A stretch of 64,000 nucleotides of DNA from a virus (lineage: Duplodnaviria > Heunggongvirae > Uroviricota > Caudoviricetes). A program made the position numbers and the translations under genes. The notes under the pieces are model-generated. The model ran no database searches and had not been told where the DNA came from. It saw nothing but the letters and a program-made list of their open reading frames with translations. Shown piece after piece: positions 26,809 through 36,266 of this stretch. Numbering within the stretch: position 1 is the stretch's first letter; each line of letters begins with the position of its first letter. Location: IMG/VR virus record IMGVR_UViG_3300028797_000113. The stretch is one strand, 5' to 3'.

Positions 26809-27072
26809 ATGGCAGATAACGAATATATGGATAAATTTAACGACATTTTTCCGATAGGGCGTCCTGTTAAACCGATTAAAGTAAGAGCGTATTGCGGGAA
26901 GTGTATGCTAAATGGTGAGCTTAATCAGTTGGAGCAGAAAGATAACGTGCTTTTAACTGCACCAGTTAAATACCAGTATGTTTGCCCCGTATGCAAAAAG
27001 GAATATACATCCACTATATCTTATCCGTTTATAAAATATGTGGATGACGTGGACATAAGAGAGAGTGAATAA
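26809..27072 (+). CDS. zinc-ribbon small protein
   Basis: CGKC...CPVCKK. Confidence 0.5.
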   Translation: MADNEYMDKFNDIFPIGRPVKPIKVRAYCGKCMLNGELNQLEQKDNVLLTAPVKYQYVCPVCKKEYTSTISYPFIKYVDDVDIRESE

Positions 27073-27087
27073 AAAGAGGAGGCCAAC

Positions 27088-27378
27088 ATGAAACAATGCA
27101 GGGACTGTATTCATAAAAATGTATGTTATGTTCTGAAGGCAAAAGCAATTCCTGAAGAGCCTTGCGCTTATCAAAGCAACAACGCTGCTATTTATGATGA
27201 AATATATACCATAGGTTACGAAGACGCGGTTGCCGATATGAGAAATATGATTATGGAACAGCAAGGCAAGAAGCATAATAAGTACCGTAAGAAATATAAT
27301 ACAGATTTAAGCCACTGTTTTAAAGATAAAAATATGTATTATATCTTACAAGCTTGGAAGAATTGGAGGTCAAAATGA
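27088..27378 (+). CDS. Cys-rich small protein (MKxCxxC family)
   Basis: MKQCRDCIHKNVC N-terminus paralogous to the 11288 ORF. Confidence 0.5.
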   Translation: MKQCRDCIHKNVCYVLKAKAIPEEPCAYQSNNAAIYDEIYTIGYEDAVADMRNMIMEQQGKKHNKYRKKYNTDLSHCFKDKNMYYILQAWKNWRSK

Positions 27379-27731
27379 TTAGAAACGAATGTGACGATTG
27401 TATGTTAGACGGTACTGATGCTTGCGCTGGTAGAGTAGATGGTCACATCTGCCCAGACTTTTTAAGAGAGTGTCCTAAGTGTCCAGAATATGACACTATA
27501 CATCATAACTGTCCATTGTATTGCAAGTTTATTCGAGATGGAATGAAAGAAGAACTGAGCGCATGGATCGAGGAACTGAGAGATAAGGTAGAACGTATTG
27601 ACGAGCGCACTTATTTAACCACAAATGGCGATACGACCGGGTACGGTGTCAAAGACGCTTATCAGTTCAAGAAAGAAGTATTGGCCATATTTGATAAAAC
27701 AATATCCGAATTAAGAGGAGCCGACAAATGA
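27375..27731 (+). CDS. Cys/His-rich protein
   Basis: ATG 27375 after ggaggtc; CDDCMLDGTDAC...HICPDFLRECPKCPEYDTIHHNCPLYC. Confidence 0.5.
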   Translation: MIRNECDDCMLDGTDACAGRVDGHICPDFLRECPKCPEYDTIHHNCPLYCKFIRDGMKEELSAWIEELRDKVERIDERTYLTTNGDTTGYGVKDAYQFKKEVLAIFDKTISELRGADK

Positions 27732-27991
27732 AAGATGAGATTTATTTTTCAGACGGAACGCCGTTTGAACCGCCTGAAGACCCATTATTTAAAAAATATC
27801 CACCGTGTGAGAAGTATGATTATCATTGTTGGTGTTGCTCTAAGTGTCCTCGTGGTTGGGATTGGAGCATTCCCGAAGAAGACAAAGAAATTTTTGAACA
27901 ATATCAAAAAGAATTTAACGAATATTGCGAAAGTCACGGAGGCATTGAGAACATCTTAGTTGAATTGAACTTAGAAGGAGCACAAGAATGA
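27728..27991 (+). CDS. Cys-rich small protein
   Basis: CEKYDYHCWCCSKCPRGWDW. Confidence 0.5.
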   Translation: MKDEIYFSDGTPFEPPEDPLFKKYPPCEKYDYHCWCCSKCPRGWDWSIPEEDKEIFEQYQKEFNEYCESHGGIENILVELNLEGAQE

Positions 27992-28542
27992 AAGTCGATA
28001 TATATAATACAGATAAACAATACCGTGTGATATATGCCGATCCTCCATGGAAACAATCCAAAGGCGGTAAGAAAGCGGTGAGAAAGAACAGCAGCGGAAA
28101 GCCACTTGATTATCCAGTATGTTCGATGGAAGAAATCAAAGAACATCTGAGACAAGCGGATTCCTTAACTGGCGACGATGCAATATTATTCTTATGGACT
28201 ATCGACAAATACTTGTTTGAAGCTGAAGAAATCGCAAAGTCCTTGGGATATAAACTGCACGCTCGTATGATATGGAATAAGGTCAACGGCATTCCGGCAG
28301 CGTTTACGGTGAGATATGGCCACGAATACTTGTTATATATGTATAAAGGCAAGTTAACACCAGTCGCAAGAGAAGAACGTGGAAAGATACACACCGTATT
28401 TACCGAGCAAGTAAAGAAGCACTCTCAGAAACCTGAAGAAGCATATCGAATTATTGAAAGATTATATCCACACTTCAATAAAATAGAGTTATATGCGAGA
28501 AACGAAAGAGATGGTTGGGACTGCTGGGGCGACGAAGTATAA
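27988..28542 (+). CDS. MT-A70 family N6-adenine DNA methyltransferase
   Basis: YRVIYADPPWKQ (DPPW catalytic motif) near the N-terminus; 184 aa. Confidence 0.75.
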   Translation: MKVDIYNTDKQYRVIYADPPWKQSKGGKKAVRKNSSGKPLDYPVCSMEEIKEHLRQADSLTGDDAILFLWTIDKYLFEAEEIAKSLGYKLHARMIWNKVNGIPAAFTVRYGHEYLLYMYKGKLTPVAREERGKIHTVFTEQVKKHSQKPEEAYRIIERLYPHFNKIELYARNERDGWDCWGDEV

Positions 28543-28554
28543 AGGAGGACGAAG

Positions 28555-28740
28555 ATGAGTAGTTATACGGCGCAATTATATTGTGAAAGATGCGGTAAAT
28601 TATTGGCAGAAGTCAACGCGTATCACGAGCCGAGAGCGGGTGTTTTTGTTCCGCAAGATTTTATGGAAAGAAAGTACAGACTTCCTAGTATGTTTTGCCA
28701 AGAGTGTTTAAACAGAGTGGAGGATGAACGCGATGAATAA
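28555..28740 (+). CDS. zinc-ribbon small protein
   Basis: SD aaaggagg; CERCG...CQEC. Confidence 0.5.
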   Translation: MSSYTAQLYCERCGKLLAEVNAYHEPRAGVFVPQDFMERKYRLPSMFCQECLNRVEDERDE

Positions 28741-28975
28741 ACTGCGAGAAGTTTTGTTTGATGAGTCTGGTAAAACGGCAGCATTTCTTAAAAAATGTCA
28801 CGAAGAATTTAAGAAAGAGAAAGGCTGTTCTACTTGCAAGAATCTAAAGCACGTCCGAGACTATCCGGGCTTTGTAGATGCAGAAGAGAACGAATGTACC
28901 GCTGGCCTTGAATGTGATACCGTTTTATTTTCGATTAAGAACTGTCCCAAATGGGAAGAAGGGGAACTGCTATGA
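28724..28975 (+). CDS. Cys-rich small protein
   Basis: 83 aa; CSTCKN...CTAGLECD...CPKW. Confidence 0.45.
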   Translation: MNAMNKLREVLFDESGKTAAFLKKCHEEFKKEKGCSTCKNLKHVRDYPGFVDAEENECTAGLECDTVLFSIKNCPKWEEGELL

Positions 28976-29280
28976 ATGATATGATTGCAAAAACACCTGT
29001 CTTAGAACTAATTGACAAAGTAGTCTACAGTCAAGAATGGGCTGAGTTTAGATTAGATTATGGTTCACGCGGACAAATCGAACTTATAAAAACCTTTATC
29101 ATGGAATCGTCTTCGGACAATTTCAAAATAGGTTATTGGAGAACCAGCCATGTGCCGAACGAAGATTATGTATGTTCTGAGTGCGGTGGCGCTTGTTGGT
29201 ATTACGACGTAGAAAAGGATGTGTCTAAAAGCAGATACTGTCCGAACTGCGGAGCGATGATGTGGGGATTTCATAAATGA
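28972..29280 (+). CDS. protein with C-terminal zinc ribbon
   Basis: ATG 28972; CSECGGACWYYD...CPNCGAMMW. Confidence 0.5.
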   Translation: MNDMIAKTPVLELIDKVVYSQEWAEFRLDYGSRGQIELIKTFIMESSSDNFKIGYWRTSHVPNEDYVCSECGGACWYYDVEKDVSKSRYCPNCGAMMWGFHK

Positions 29281-29546
29281 AAACGTGTGCAAATTGTATT
29301 TATAAAGACAGAGACTGGGGAGATAATCCCTGCCGTACTTGTTTTGGTGTTACCAGTGATTATGAAAATTGGACTGGCGTCGAAGATGACTATGATCCTG
29401 TGATATGTGCAGAATGCAGACACGCTGGGCCATGTACATACATCAAAGGTGTAGCATACTTGACTTGTGATTTAGAAAACCATAAGCCAATATTTAATAG
29501 TAAACCAAAATGGTGTCCGTTACATAAGGAGGAAAATGATGAATAA
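29277..29546 (+). CDS. Cys-rich small protein (MKxCxxC family)
   Basis: MKTCANCIYKDRDWGDNPCRTC...CAECRHAGPC. Confidence 0.5.
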   Translation: MKTCANCIYKDRDWGDNPCRTCFGVTSDYENWTGVEDDYDPVICAECRHAGPCTYIKGVAYLTCDLENHKPIFNSKPKWCPLHKEENDE

Positions 29547-29841
29547 ACAATATGGAAGTTATACAGATGCGGATTTAAACGATTGGCAGATGTTGCCTGA
29601 GAATAGCAGAGTTTTAACATCAAGTGCGTTTGGTGCGTGGTTGTTAAGACGCGACGAAAGAAAAGGCAATAGAGATTTAATAACAGAATTTGAAAAGGCA
29701 AAAGCAGAGATGGAAAAGAGAAGAAATGCTCTTGATGATGGTAACCTCAATGATTTCAAGAAATGCAAAATGCAAGGATATAGCGATTCAATGGGCATCT
29801 TAGACCATCGTATTGAAGAATTGAAAGGCGAGAAACAATGA
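29536..29841 (+). CDS. small protein ending in IEELKGEKQ (junction-motif family)
   Basis: C-terminal RIEELKGEKQ overlaps the start of the next gene. Confidence 0.5.
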   Translation: MMNKQYGSYTDADLNDWQMLPENSRVLTSSAFGAWLLRRDERKGNRDLITEFEKAKAEMEKRRNALDDGNLNDFKKCKMQGYSDSMGILDHRIEELKGEKQ

Positions 29842-30044
29842 AATTGGACGAAGCGGTCGAAAGACTGAACAATGTAATCATTTGTGAGAAATGTCACATA
29901 TCGGGCAAGGAGTGTAATGATAATTGCCCAACTCAATATAAGGCCGGGACCGTCGGCGAATGTGTAGAAGCAATGGAAACAGTTCTGAATTTTGTTAAAC
30001 ATAACAGGGGTTCAGAACAAGAAAGATGGCTGAGAGGAGAATAA
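29838..30044 (+). CDS. Cys-rich small protein
   Basis: CEKCHISGKECNDNCP. Confidence 0.5.
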   Translation: MKLDEAVERLNNVIICEKCHISGKECNDNCPTQYKAGTVGECVEAMETVLNFVKHNRGSEQERWLRGE

Positions 30045-30045
30045 A

Positions 30046-30306
30046 ATGATAATCAAAATACTTTGTATTAGTTTGTTGGCCACAATGGGGATTTGTATTA
30101 TTTGTTTAATAGCAAAGATATTGGAATTAAAAGCGATAAATAAAATATTGGCTGACGAAAATGAAAAAATATATGAGCAATATAATTTAACACGTGGCAC
30201 ATATCACGATACAGTACAAATGTTTTGTCAGATGTGTGAACTGAAAGCAGAAGAATATAAACCAGACGATTGGGATTCATTAGCAAACGCAGAGCGTGAC
30301 CATTAA
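30046..30306 (+). CDS. small membrane protein
   Basis: IIKILCISLLATMGICIICLIAKI TM segment. Confidence 0.5.
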   Translation: MIIKILCISLLATMGICIICLIAKILELKAINKILADENEKIYEQYNLTRGTYHDTVQMFCQMCELKAEEYKPDDWDSLANAERDH

Positions 30307-30327
30307 GGAACTGAAAGGAGAACAGAA

Positions 30328-30552
30328 ATGATATATGTATATGAAAATGATATTTACGATAATCCGTCACGCGAAAAAATAAAATACAGTTCCGAACACA
30401 TACCGAGAGTCGGAGAAATTTTACACTTTCCACATATTGGTGGCTTTAAAGTTAAAGATGTTGCTTACGAAATATCTGATGACAGCGAAGAGAATACAAT
30501 AATGTGGGTTGAAGTATATGTTGATAAACTGAAAGGAGAAAACAAAAAATGA
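30328..30552 (+). CDS. hypothetical protein
   Basis: Junction motif gaactgaaaggagaacagaaATG; 74 aa. Confidence 0.5.
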   Translation: MIYVYENDIYDNPSREKIKYSSEHIPRVGEILHFPHIGGFKVKDVAYEISDDSEENTIMWVEVYVDKLKGENKK

Positions 30553-31565
30553 TGAACGGAAGATATACTTATGATGACTTCGAAAGAATGCGTGAGCAAG
30601 ACAAAAAGGAAGGAGACTCTATAGCCAAAAGGGTGTTGAGATATATTGGTTATGGCATAATCAGTGTGATTATTGTTTTAGTAATAGTATGCCTTTTTAG
30701 TTGCTTCTATTCAGTGGATGAACAGCACAACGCAATAATCACCCAGTTCGGACAGATTGTCAAAGTGAACACCGCTGGATTTTATTTTAAAGCGCCATGG
30801 CAGTCGGTTAAGAAAGTAGACATGACCACTCATGGCACATCTATAGGATATGTAATTGAAGATGATTCACAGAAAGGATCATATCCCGTAGACGAAGCGA
30901 ACGGCATAATGATAACTTCGGACTTTAATCTTTTAAATATAGACTTTTATATTGAATACAGAGTGTCAGACCCGGTCGCTTATGTTTATAATTCCAAAGA
31001 ACCCGAAGCCGTGTTAACAAACATAGCATTAGCGAATATTCGTACCATAGTTTCAAATTATACGGTTGACGAAGCTATGACTACGGGTAAAAATCAAATT
31101 CAGGCAGACATTAAATCGGCTATTCTCGATTCGCTTGAAACAAGAAATCTTGGATTATCAGTTGTAAATATAACCATTCAGGATTCCAGACCTCCCGTTG
31201 AAAGCGTAGAGTCTGCATTCAAAGCTGTTGAAACCGCAAAGCAAGGTGCCGATACTGCAATGAATAATGCTCTTCAATATCAGAACAGCGAGATACCCGC
31301 CGCAGACGCTAAGGCCGATGCAATCATCCAGCAGGCAGAAGCCAAAAAGACATCAAGAATTGCTGAAGCCACTGGTCAGGTTGAAAGATTTAATCAAATG
31401 TATGGACAGTATAAGCAGTTCCCTTTTACAACAAAAAAGAGACTGTTCTATGAGAAGTTAGAAGAAGTAATTCCGGGTTGCAAGATTATTATTACCGACG
31501 GCTCTACAGAAACGATGTACCCTTTGGAATCATTTATTAGCACCGAAACGGAAGGAGAACAATAA
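30549..31565 (+). CDS. hflK: SPFH/band-7 protein, HflK-like
   Basis: N-terminal TM; YSVDEQHNAIITQFGQIVKVNTAGFYFKAPWQSV SPFH core; coiled-coil Ala/Gln-rich C-terminal half. Confidence 0.75.
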   Translation: MMNGRYTYDDFERMREQDKKEGDSIAKRVLRYIGYGIISVIIVLVIVCLFSCFYSVDEQHNAIITQFGQIVKVNTAGFYFKAPWQSVKKVDMTTHGTSIGYVIEDDSQKGSYPVDEANGIMITSDFNLLNIDFYIEYRVSDPVAYVYNSKEPEAVLTNIALANIRTIVSNYTVDEAMTTGKNQIQADIKSAILDSLETRNLGLSVVNITIQDSRPPVESVESAFKAVETAKQGADTAMNNALQYQNSEIPAADAKADAIIQQAEAKKTSRIAEATGQVERFNQMYGQYKQFPFTTKKRLFYEKLEEVIPGCKIIITDGSTETMYPLESFISTETEGEQ

Positions 31566-32464
31566 TGAATAATCTTAAAAAGAAATTAATTATATTATTA
31601 TCGGTTATGAGCGTGGGCTTTGTTGTGTTGTTATTATTAGGTATCATCACATTCTTTTCTTCAACATACACGGTTAAACCCAATGAAACTGCCATCGTTG
31701 TACGATTAGGCAAGGCTCAATCATCAGTAAATACCGCCGGACTTCACTTCCACGCACCGTTTATTGAGAGTACAACGAAGATTTATACTGGCGATATGCT
31801 TTATGACATTCCTGTATCGGATGTTATTACGGCTGACAAGAAAACAATGATCGCTGACTGTTATGTTATTTGGTCGGTAACTGATTCTGTCAAATATTAT
31901 CAGACGCTAGGTGCCATTCAGGGAAGAGGAGAAGAAAGGGTTGAAGCGGCCGTATTTAATGCCGTTAAGAATACCATCTCTTCAATGACTCAGGACAACA
32001 TTATCGCCTCCAGAGGTTCAACACTTACGGATGAAATTACCACAGCGTCCAACTCGGATATATCACAGTATGGTATCACTATTGAGTTGGCAGAGATCAA
32101 AACTCTTGATTTACCAGACGATAATAAAAATGCGGTTTACGAGAGAATGATTTCGGAAAGAAATAACATTGCCGCAGGCTATACCGCTAAAGGCGATGCT
32201 GAAGCACAGAAGATTAAGAACAATACAGACAAGCAAGTATCTATTACTGTAGCAAATGCCGAAGCCGAAGCAGCCAAAATCGAAGCGGAAGGCGAAGCTG
32301 AGTATATGAAAATCTTGTCGGATGCCTATAACGACCCCGACAAAGCAGACTTCTACAATTTTGTAAGAAGTCTTGACGCTCTCAATTCTCTTAAGAGCAG
32401 CGATGCAACAATTATTTTAGATAAAGATTCTGAATATGCCCGAATACTTTACGGCGCAGAATAA
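31565..32464 (+). CDS. hflC: SPFH/band-7 protein, HflC-like
   Basis: N-terminal TM; YTVKPNETAIVVRLGKAQSSVNTAGLHFHAPFIEST; ATGA-coupled to the hflK-like gene. Confidence 0.75.
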   Translation: MNNLKKKLIILLSVMSVGFVVLLLLGIITFFSSTYTVKPNETAIVVRLGKAQSSVNTAGLHFHAPFIESTTKIYTGDMLYDIPVSDVITADKKTMIADCYVIWSVTDSVKYYQTLGAIQGRGEERVEAAVFNAVKNTISSMTQDNIIASRGSTLTDEITTASNSDISQYGITIELAEIKTLDLPDDNKNAVYERMISERNNIAAGYTAKGDAEAQKIKNNTDKQVSITVANAEAEAAKIEAEGEAEYMKILSDAYNDPDKADFYNFVRSLDALNSLKSSDATIILDKDSEYARILYGAE

Positions 32465-32474
32465 GGAGAACAGA

Positions 32475-32648
32475 ATGAATGTTAAGCAATGTGAGGCGTG
32501 TGAACATTACAGAAGAATAACATGGTCGGCGCCTTATCAACCAAAGGGTTATCACACAATTGGAATGACTCACGCTTACGGATATTGTGCATTACACAAG
32601 AAGAGATGCTTAAATATAAAAAAATGCAATAATAAGGAGGACAAATAA
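32475..32648 (+). CDS. Cys-rich small protein
   Basis: SD aaggagaacag then ATG 32475; CEACEHY...CALHKKRC. Confidence 0.45.
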   Translation: MNVKQCEACEHYRRITWSAPYQPKGYHTIGMTHAYGYCALHKKRCLNIKKCNNKEDK

Positions 32649-32649
32649 G

Positions 32650-32982
32650 ATGTACGATATTGATACCGTTGTTAGATTTAGAATACCGGGCTACGGCATT
32701 CCGGCCGTTGGATGTGATAAAGGCTTTATCGAAGCGGTAATTTTACACAAGAATTACACATCCTACATAATTAATTCAGAGCACTACGGCGTGCTTATCG
32801 TTGATGAGGTTGAAATCTACGAGACGTACGACTGTTTGACCGTTGAAGACATTAAGAAAAAGCAGGCTGCGGCAAACGTCTTGCATTATAACGATGCAGA
32901 CCATTTTCTCTTAAGAGATTTTTACAAAATGTCTGCTCAAAATCAAGAAATAGTAAGAAGCGTTATTAACGCGTTGAATTAA
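32650..32982 (+). CDS. hypothetical protein
   Basis: SD aaggaggac; 110 aa. Confidence 0.5.
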   Translation: MYDIDTVVRFRIPGYGIPAVGCDKGFIEAVILHKNYTSYIINSEHYGVLIVDEVEIYETYDCLTVEDIKKKQAAANVLHYNDADHFLLRDFYKMSAQNQEIVRSVINALN

Positions 32983-32993
32983 GGAGGTATGCT

Positions 32994-33509
32994 ATGCCGA
33001 ACTGGATTGAAGGAACTTTAAAAATACGTGGAAATCTTTCTGACATTAAACGATTTTTTGACGAAGGACTGGACGCTTCTTCATATTTTGGCGAAGCACA
33101 TCAATCAGACATAGATAAACAACGTGTTTTTACTGGGAATATCGAAGAAGGATGGATAGAATATACATTTTCCGATGAACCGCACGTTAAAGGCACTCGT
33201 AGAATGTTTATTACGGATGATTATGTATTCGCAGATACAGAAGACGATGATCTATTGGTATGCTGCGTAGATATCAAACAGGCTTGGTCGTTTATTTCAA
33301 ACGACACCGATGAACAGAAGTTAATCGAAATCGCAGACGAATATAACGTGGACTTAAGACTGTTTGGTATTGAATGTGGAATGCAATTTTGCGAAGAAAT
33401 TATCGTATGTCATGGAGATAATGGCGACAAAGGCAAGATTGTACTAAATAAAGAGATTCAATACAAAGACTGGATGTGGGAATGTCCGTTCCCGCGAATG
33501 GGAGGCTAA
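32994..33509 (+). CDS. hypothetical protein (MPNWIEGTLKIRG N-terminus)
   Basis: SD aaggaggtatg; 171 aa; first gene of a three-gene set with the ATPase. Confidence 0.5.
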   Translation: MPNWIEGTLKIRGNLSDIKRFFDEGLDASSYFGEAHQSDIDKQRVFTGNIEEGWIEYTFSDEPHVKGTRRMFITDDYVFADTEDDDLLVCCVDIKQAWSFISNDTDEQKLIEIADEYNVDLRLFGIECGMQFCEEIIVCHGDNGDKGKIVLNKEIQYKDWMWECPFPRMGG

Positions 33510-33510
33510 T

Positions 33511-34224
33511 ATGTACATTTTAAAAACTTGGCGTGATCCGTACGACGACGGTTTTAATGTTTGTACTCGTAGAGAGATAACATTCAATGAAGGACTTACA
33601 GTTCTCGTCGGCTGTAATGGCTATGGCAAGACGACGACGCTATTAAACCTAAAAGAAATGTTGAGAAAAGAGAAGATACCTTGCTATATGTTCGACAATC
33701 TGCACGACGGTGGCAGTAATTCTCTCAGTTCTGCCATTTATTATGGCAATATAGACATGGCGTGTGGACTGATGTGTTCGTCTGAAGGCGAAAGAATCAC
33801 TGGTAACATAAGTCAGGTCGCTGGCGGTTTAAAACAGTTCTTAGACACTGGAAACCATCCGATGAACAGAAATCCCTTTGCTGCGTTTTTCGATAAAGAC
33901 GATGAGCCTATTACAAGCAACAAAAGATTTCTCTTAATGGATGCCGTTGACTCTGGCTCAAGTATTGACAACGTCATTGAACTTAAAGAGTTATTCGATT
34001 TAATACTCGAAGACTCCAAGAAGCAGGGCTTAGAAACCTACATTATCGTTTCTTGTAACGAGTATGAGTTAGCAAATGGAACGCCTTGTATGGATATTCG
34101 CAATGGCAATTACATAAACTTCAAGGACTACAATGACTTCAAGAAGTTTGTTCTTAAGACGCGTAAGATTAAAGACGTGAGATACGAAAAAATAAATGCA
34201 AGGAGGGAAAAAGAAAATGCCTGA
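33511..34224 (+). CDS. small ABC/AAA_21-type ATPase
   Basis: Walker A LVGCNGYGKTTT; Walker B-like RFLLMDAVDSGSS; 237 aa. Confidence 0.65.
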   Translation: MYILKTWRDPYDDGFNVCTRREITFNEGLTVLVGCNGYGKTTTLLNLKEMLRKEKIPCYMFDNLHDGGSNSLSSAIYYGNIDMACGLMCSSEGERITGNISQVAGGLKQFLDTGNHPMNRNPFAAFFDKDDEPITSNKRFLLMDAVDSGSSIDNVIELKELFDLILEDSKKQGLETYIIVSCNEYELANGTPCMDIRNGNYINFKDYNDFKKFVLKTRKIKDVRYEKINARREKENA

Positions 34225-34786
34225 TTATACAATAACTACAGAAGCCGATATTGATAAATTATTAAAAGGGACCGTTAAGCTGGTCACGAAAGACTATGTC
34301 ATCTATAAGCGTGACTGGTTGGGCGAGCATATCGATCAAGAAGCCGAACTTATTAAATCGTATGCACAATACAAAAAAACTTTTAATCAAATCGAACAGT
34401 CGGAAGAGCAATTTAAAAAATGTGACAAGAAAATATCTTGCGAGAATTGCTTCACAAGTAATCAATGCAAGTTTTATTTGAACCTGATTCAGAAAAAAGT
34501 CAAAAAGGTTATCGAAACCCACGAAAGATACAAAGACTTCAAACTCGTTGAACCTACGCCTCTCAAAGATTTGTATGAAGGACAGAACTTTGATGTCATT
34601 CAATTCCACACAATTCTGGGTGACAGTTGTATTACTGGTTTTTGTGGTCAATGTTCGTGGAAAGATGGTATGCTTGAATCGTTAGACGGCGATTCATACT
34701 ATGCAAATACTATTGTGTATGCTGAAAGTAAATTCCAGACCGATGAAGGAAAGAATTGCGTAGACATATTGGTTAATGAATGGTAG
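34217..34786 (+). CDS. Cys-rich protein downstream of the ATPase
   Basis: SD aaggagggaaaaag then ATG 34217; CDKKISCENCFTSNQC...CITGFCGQCSW. Confidence 0.5.
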   Translation: MPDYTITTEADIDKLLKGTVKLVTKDYVIYKRDWLGEHIDQEAELIKSYAQYKKTFNQIEQSEEQFKKCDKKISCENCFTSNQCKFYLNLIQKKVKKVIETHERYKDFKLVEPTPLKDLYEGQNFDVIQFHTILGDSCITGFCGQCSWKDGMLESLDGDSYYANTIVYAESKFQTDEGKNCVDILVNEW

Positions 34787-34795
34787 GAGGTTGGC

Positions 34796-35152
34796 ATGAA
34801 ACAATTAAAGAACTGTCCGAACTGCGGTGGCATCCTTGATGATGAAGGCAGATGTATGTACTGCAAATCAAAGGTATATGACCTTACGGGTATGAGAATT
34901 GACTTAGACACCAGAGATATTGTCTTACTTAAGTTTAAATCGCAAGGGCGCGAGATAATATACAAGGCATTTCCTACAACAATAAGCGTCGAGCATCATA
35001 TGGACCCGATTTGCTGCGCTTCGGGGTTCGGGCCGCAATATATAATGACCGCTCTGCCTGACATAGATTTAAACCTTGAATTTAGAGCGACGCCTTATAT
35101 TAATGAGAACGGTGACACCGTTGTGTGCGAATCAAGACTAGTGGAGGAATAA
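34796..35152 (+). CDS. N-terminal zinc-ribbon protein
   Basis: SD ggaggttgg; CPNCGG...CMYCKS. Confidence 0.5.
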   Translation: MKQLKNCPNCGGILDDEGRCMYCKSKVYDLTGMRIDLDTRDIVLLKFKSQGREIIYKAFPTTISVEHHMDPICCASGFGPQYIMTALPDIDLNLEFRATPYINENGDTVVCESRLVEE

Positions 35153-35154
35153 AT

Positions 35155-35415
35155 ATGAAATGCCCAGACGTAAAGAAATTAAAACCTCTCGTAAAGAATG
35201 GTCAAGAAAAACACAGAAGAAAAGTGTTAAAAGATACCATCAGTGGCATCAAGTGGAGTGCTTCTCAAGGCGATATTGATAGAGAATTTCTAATGAGTTC
35301 TGATGAAGATGTTCAATATTGTGCTGAATTTTTACAACAGAGAGGTTATAAAACAATAGCCAGTCGCGGTGCTTTAGGTTGCCCATTGTTATATGTCAAA
35401 TGGGGAGAAAAATAG
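35155..35415 (+). CDS. hypothetical protein
   Basis: SD ggaggaataaat then ATG 35155. Confidence 0.45.
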   Translation: MKCPDVKKLKPLVKNGQEKHRRKVLKDTISGIKWSASQGDIDREFLMSSDEDVQYCAEFLQQRGYKTIASRGALGCPLLYVKWGEK

Positions 35416-35423
35416 GAGAGAGT

Positions 35424-35621
35424 ATGATAATAGAGTTTAACAGACTAAAATCACAAAACATACATTGTATGCATTGTGGCAAAAAAATTGCCACTTGGCA
35501 TATACAACTTGCTGGACATTGTTGTTTATGTGACGGATGTGTGAAGCTGGTCCATAGGGCAACAAATCAAATCTTGACCAATCCACCAACAACAGACGCA
35601 CCAGTAAGATTGACAGAATAA
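35424..35621 (+). CDS. zinc-finger small protein
   Basis: HCMHCGKK...HCCLCDGC. Confidence 0.45.
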   Translation: MIIEFNRLKSQNIHCMHCGKKIATWHIQLAGHCCLCDGCVKLVHRATNQILTNPPTTDAPVRLTE

Positions 35622-35631
35622 GGAGAACGCC

Positions 35632-35868
35632 ATGGAAAAAGAAAAATATATGATAAAACTTTATAAGTGTCGTTTATGCGGAGAAGTTTTTGATGAAGGC
35701 ACTGCTCCTCAAAATAAGCATCATATTTTCATGTCAGATTTGGCCGTAGGAAAACATACCACACAACTGATAGCAGACAGAAGTGCGCACTATACAGATG
35801 ATCACATTGGTCTGGCCGACTTTATCGGTTTTAAGTATGTATTCAAGGAGGAGACAAACGATGTTTGA
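35632..35868 (+). CDS. hypothetical protein
   Basis: SD taaggagaacgcc; CRLCGE. Confidence 0.5.
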   Translation: MEKEKYMIKLYKCRLCGEVFDEGTAPQNKHHIFMSDLAVGKHTTQLIADRSAHYTDDHIGLADFIGFKYVFKEETNDV

Positions 35869-36106
35869 TTTTAAGACAAATGTATCATGTGTTTTAGAAA
35901 GTATATTTGCCGGGTTTAAAGATGAGAACATTAAGATGGCGGCAGATAAAATTACAGAACTTCATACAGATGAACTCGAAAGTTTAAAGACAGAAATAAA
36001 AAATCCAAAAACGTGTTTGTTTGCAGGAACTTACGAAGCAGATTGGATAATAGAACAAATCGTAGACAAACGCATTGCAGAACTGAAAGGAGAGAACAAT
36101 GAATAA
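35861..36106 (+). CDS. small protein of the ...RIAELKGENNE C-terminal family
   Basis: SD caaggaggag then ATG 35861; ends IVDKRIAELKGENNE overlapping the next start. Confidence 0.5.
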   Translation: MFDFKTNVSCVLESIFAGFKDENIKMAADKITELHTDELESLKTEIKNPKTCLFAGTYEADWIIEQIVDKRIAELKGENNE

Positions 36107-36263
36107 ACAAGAAACAATAGACGGACTTGAAATGTTGTTATTCTTTAATCAAAGAGCAGGTCGGGAACTTTGGCAAGAAAAATCAAAAGATGTTCAAGAT
36201 AAAGATATAGCAAAAGCCGAAGAAATATTGCAAAGTGCTATTGCAGAACTGAAAGGAGAATAA
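36099..36263 (+). CDS. small protein ending AIAELKGE (54 aa, not in ORF track)
   Basis: Starts at the ATG embedded in the junction motif; ends with the same motif. Confidence 0.45.
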   Translation: MNKQETIDGLEMLLFFNQRAGRELWQEKSKDVQDKDIAKAEEILQSAIAELKGE

Positions 36264-36266
36264 TCT

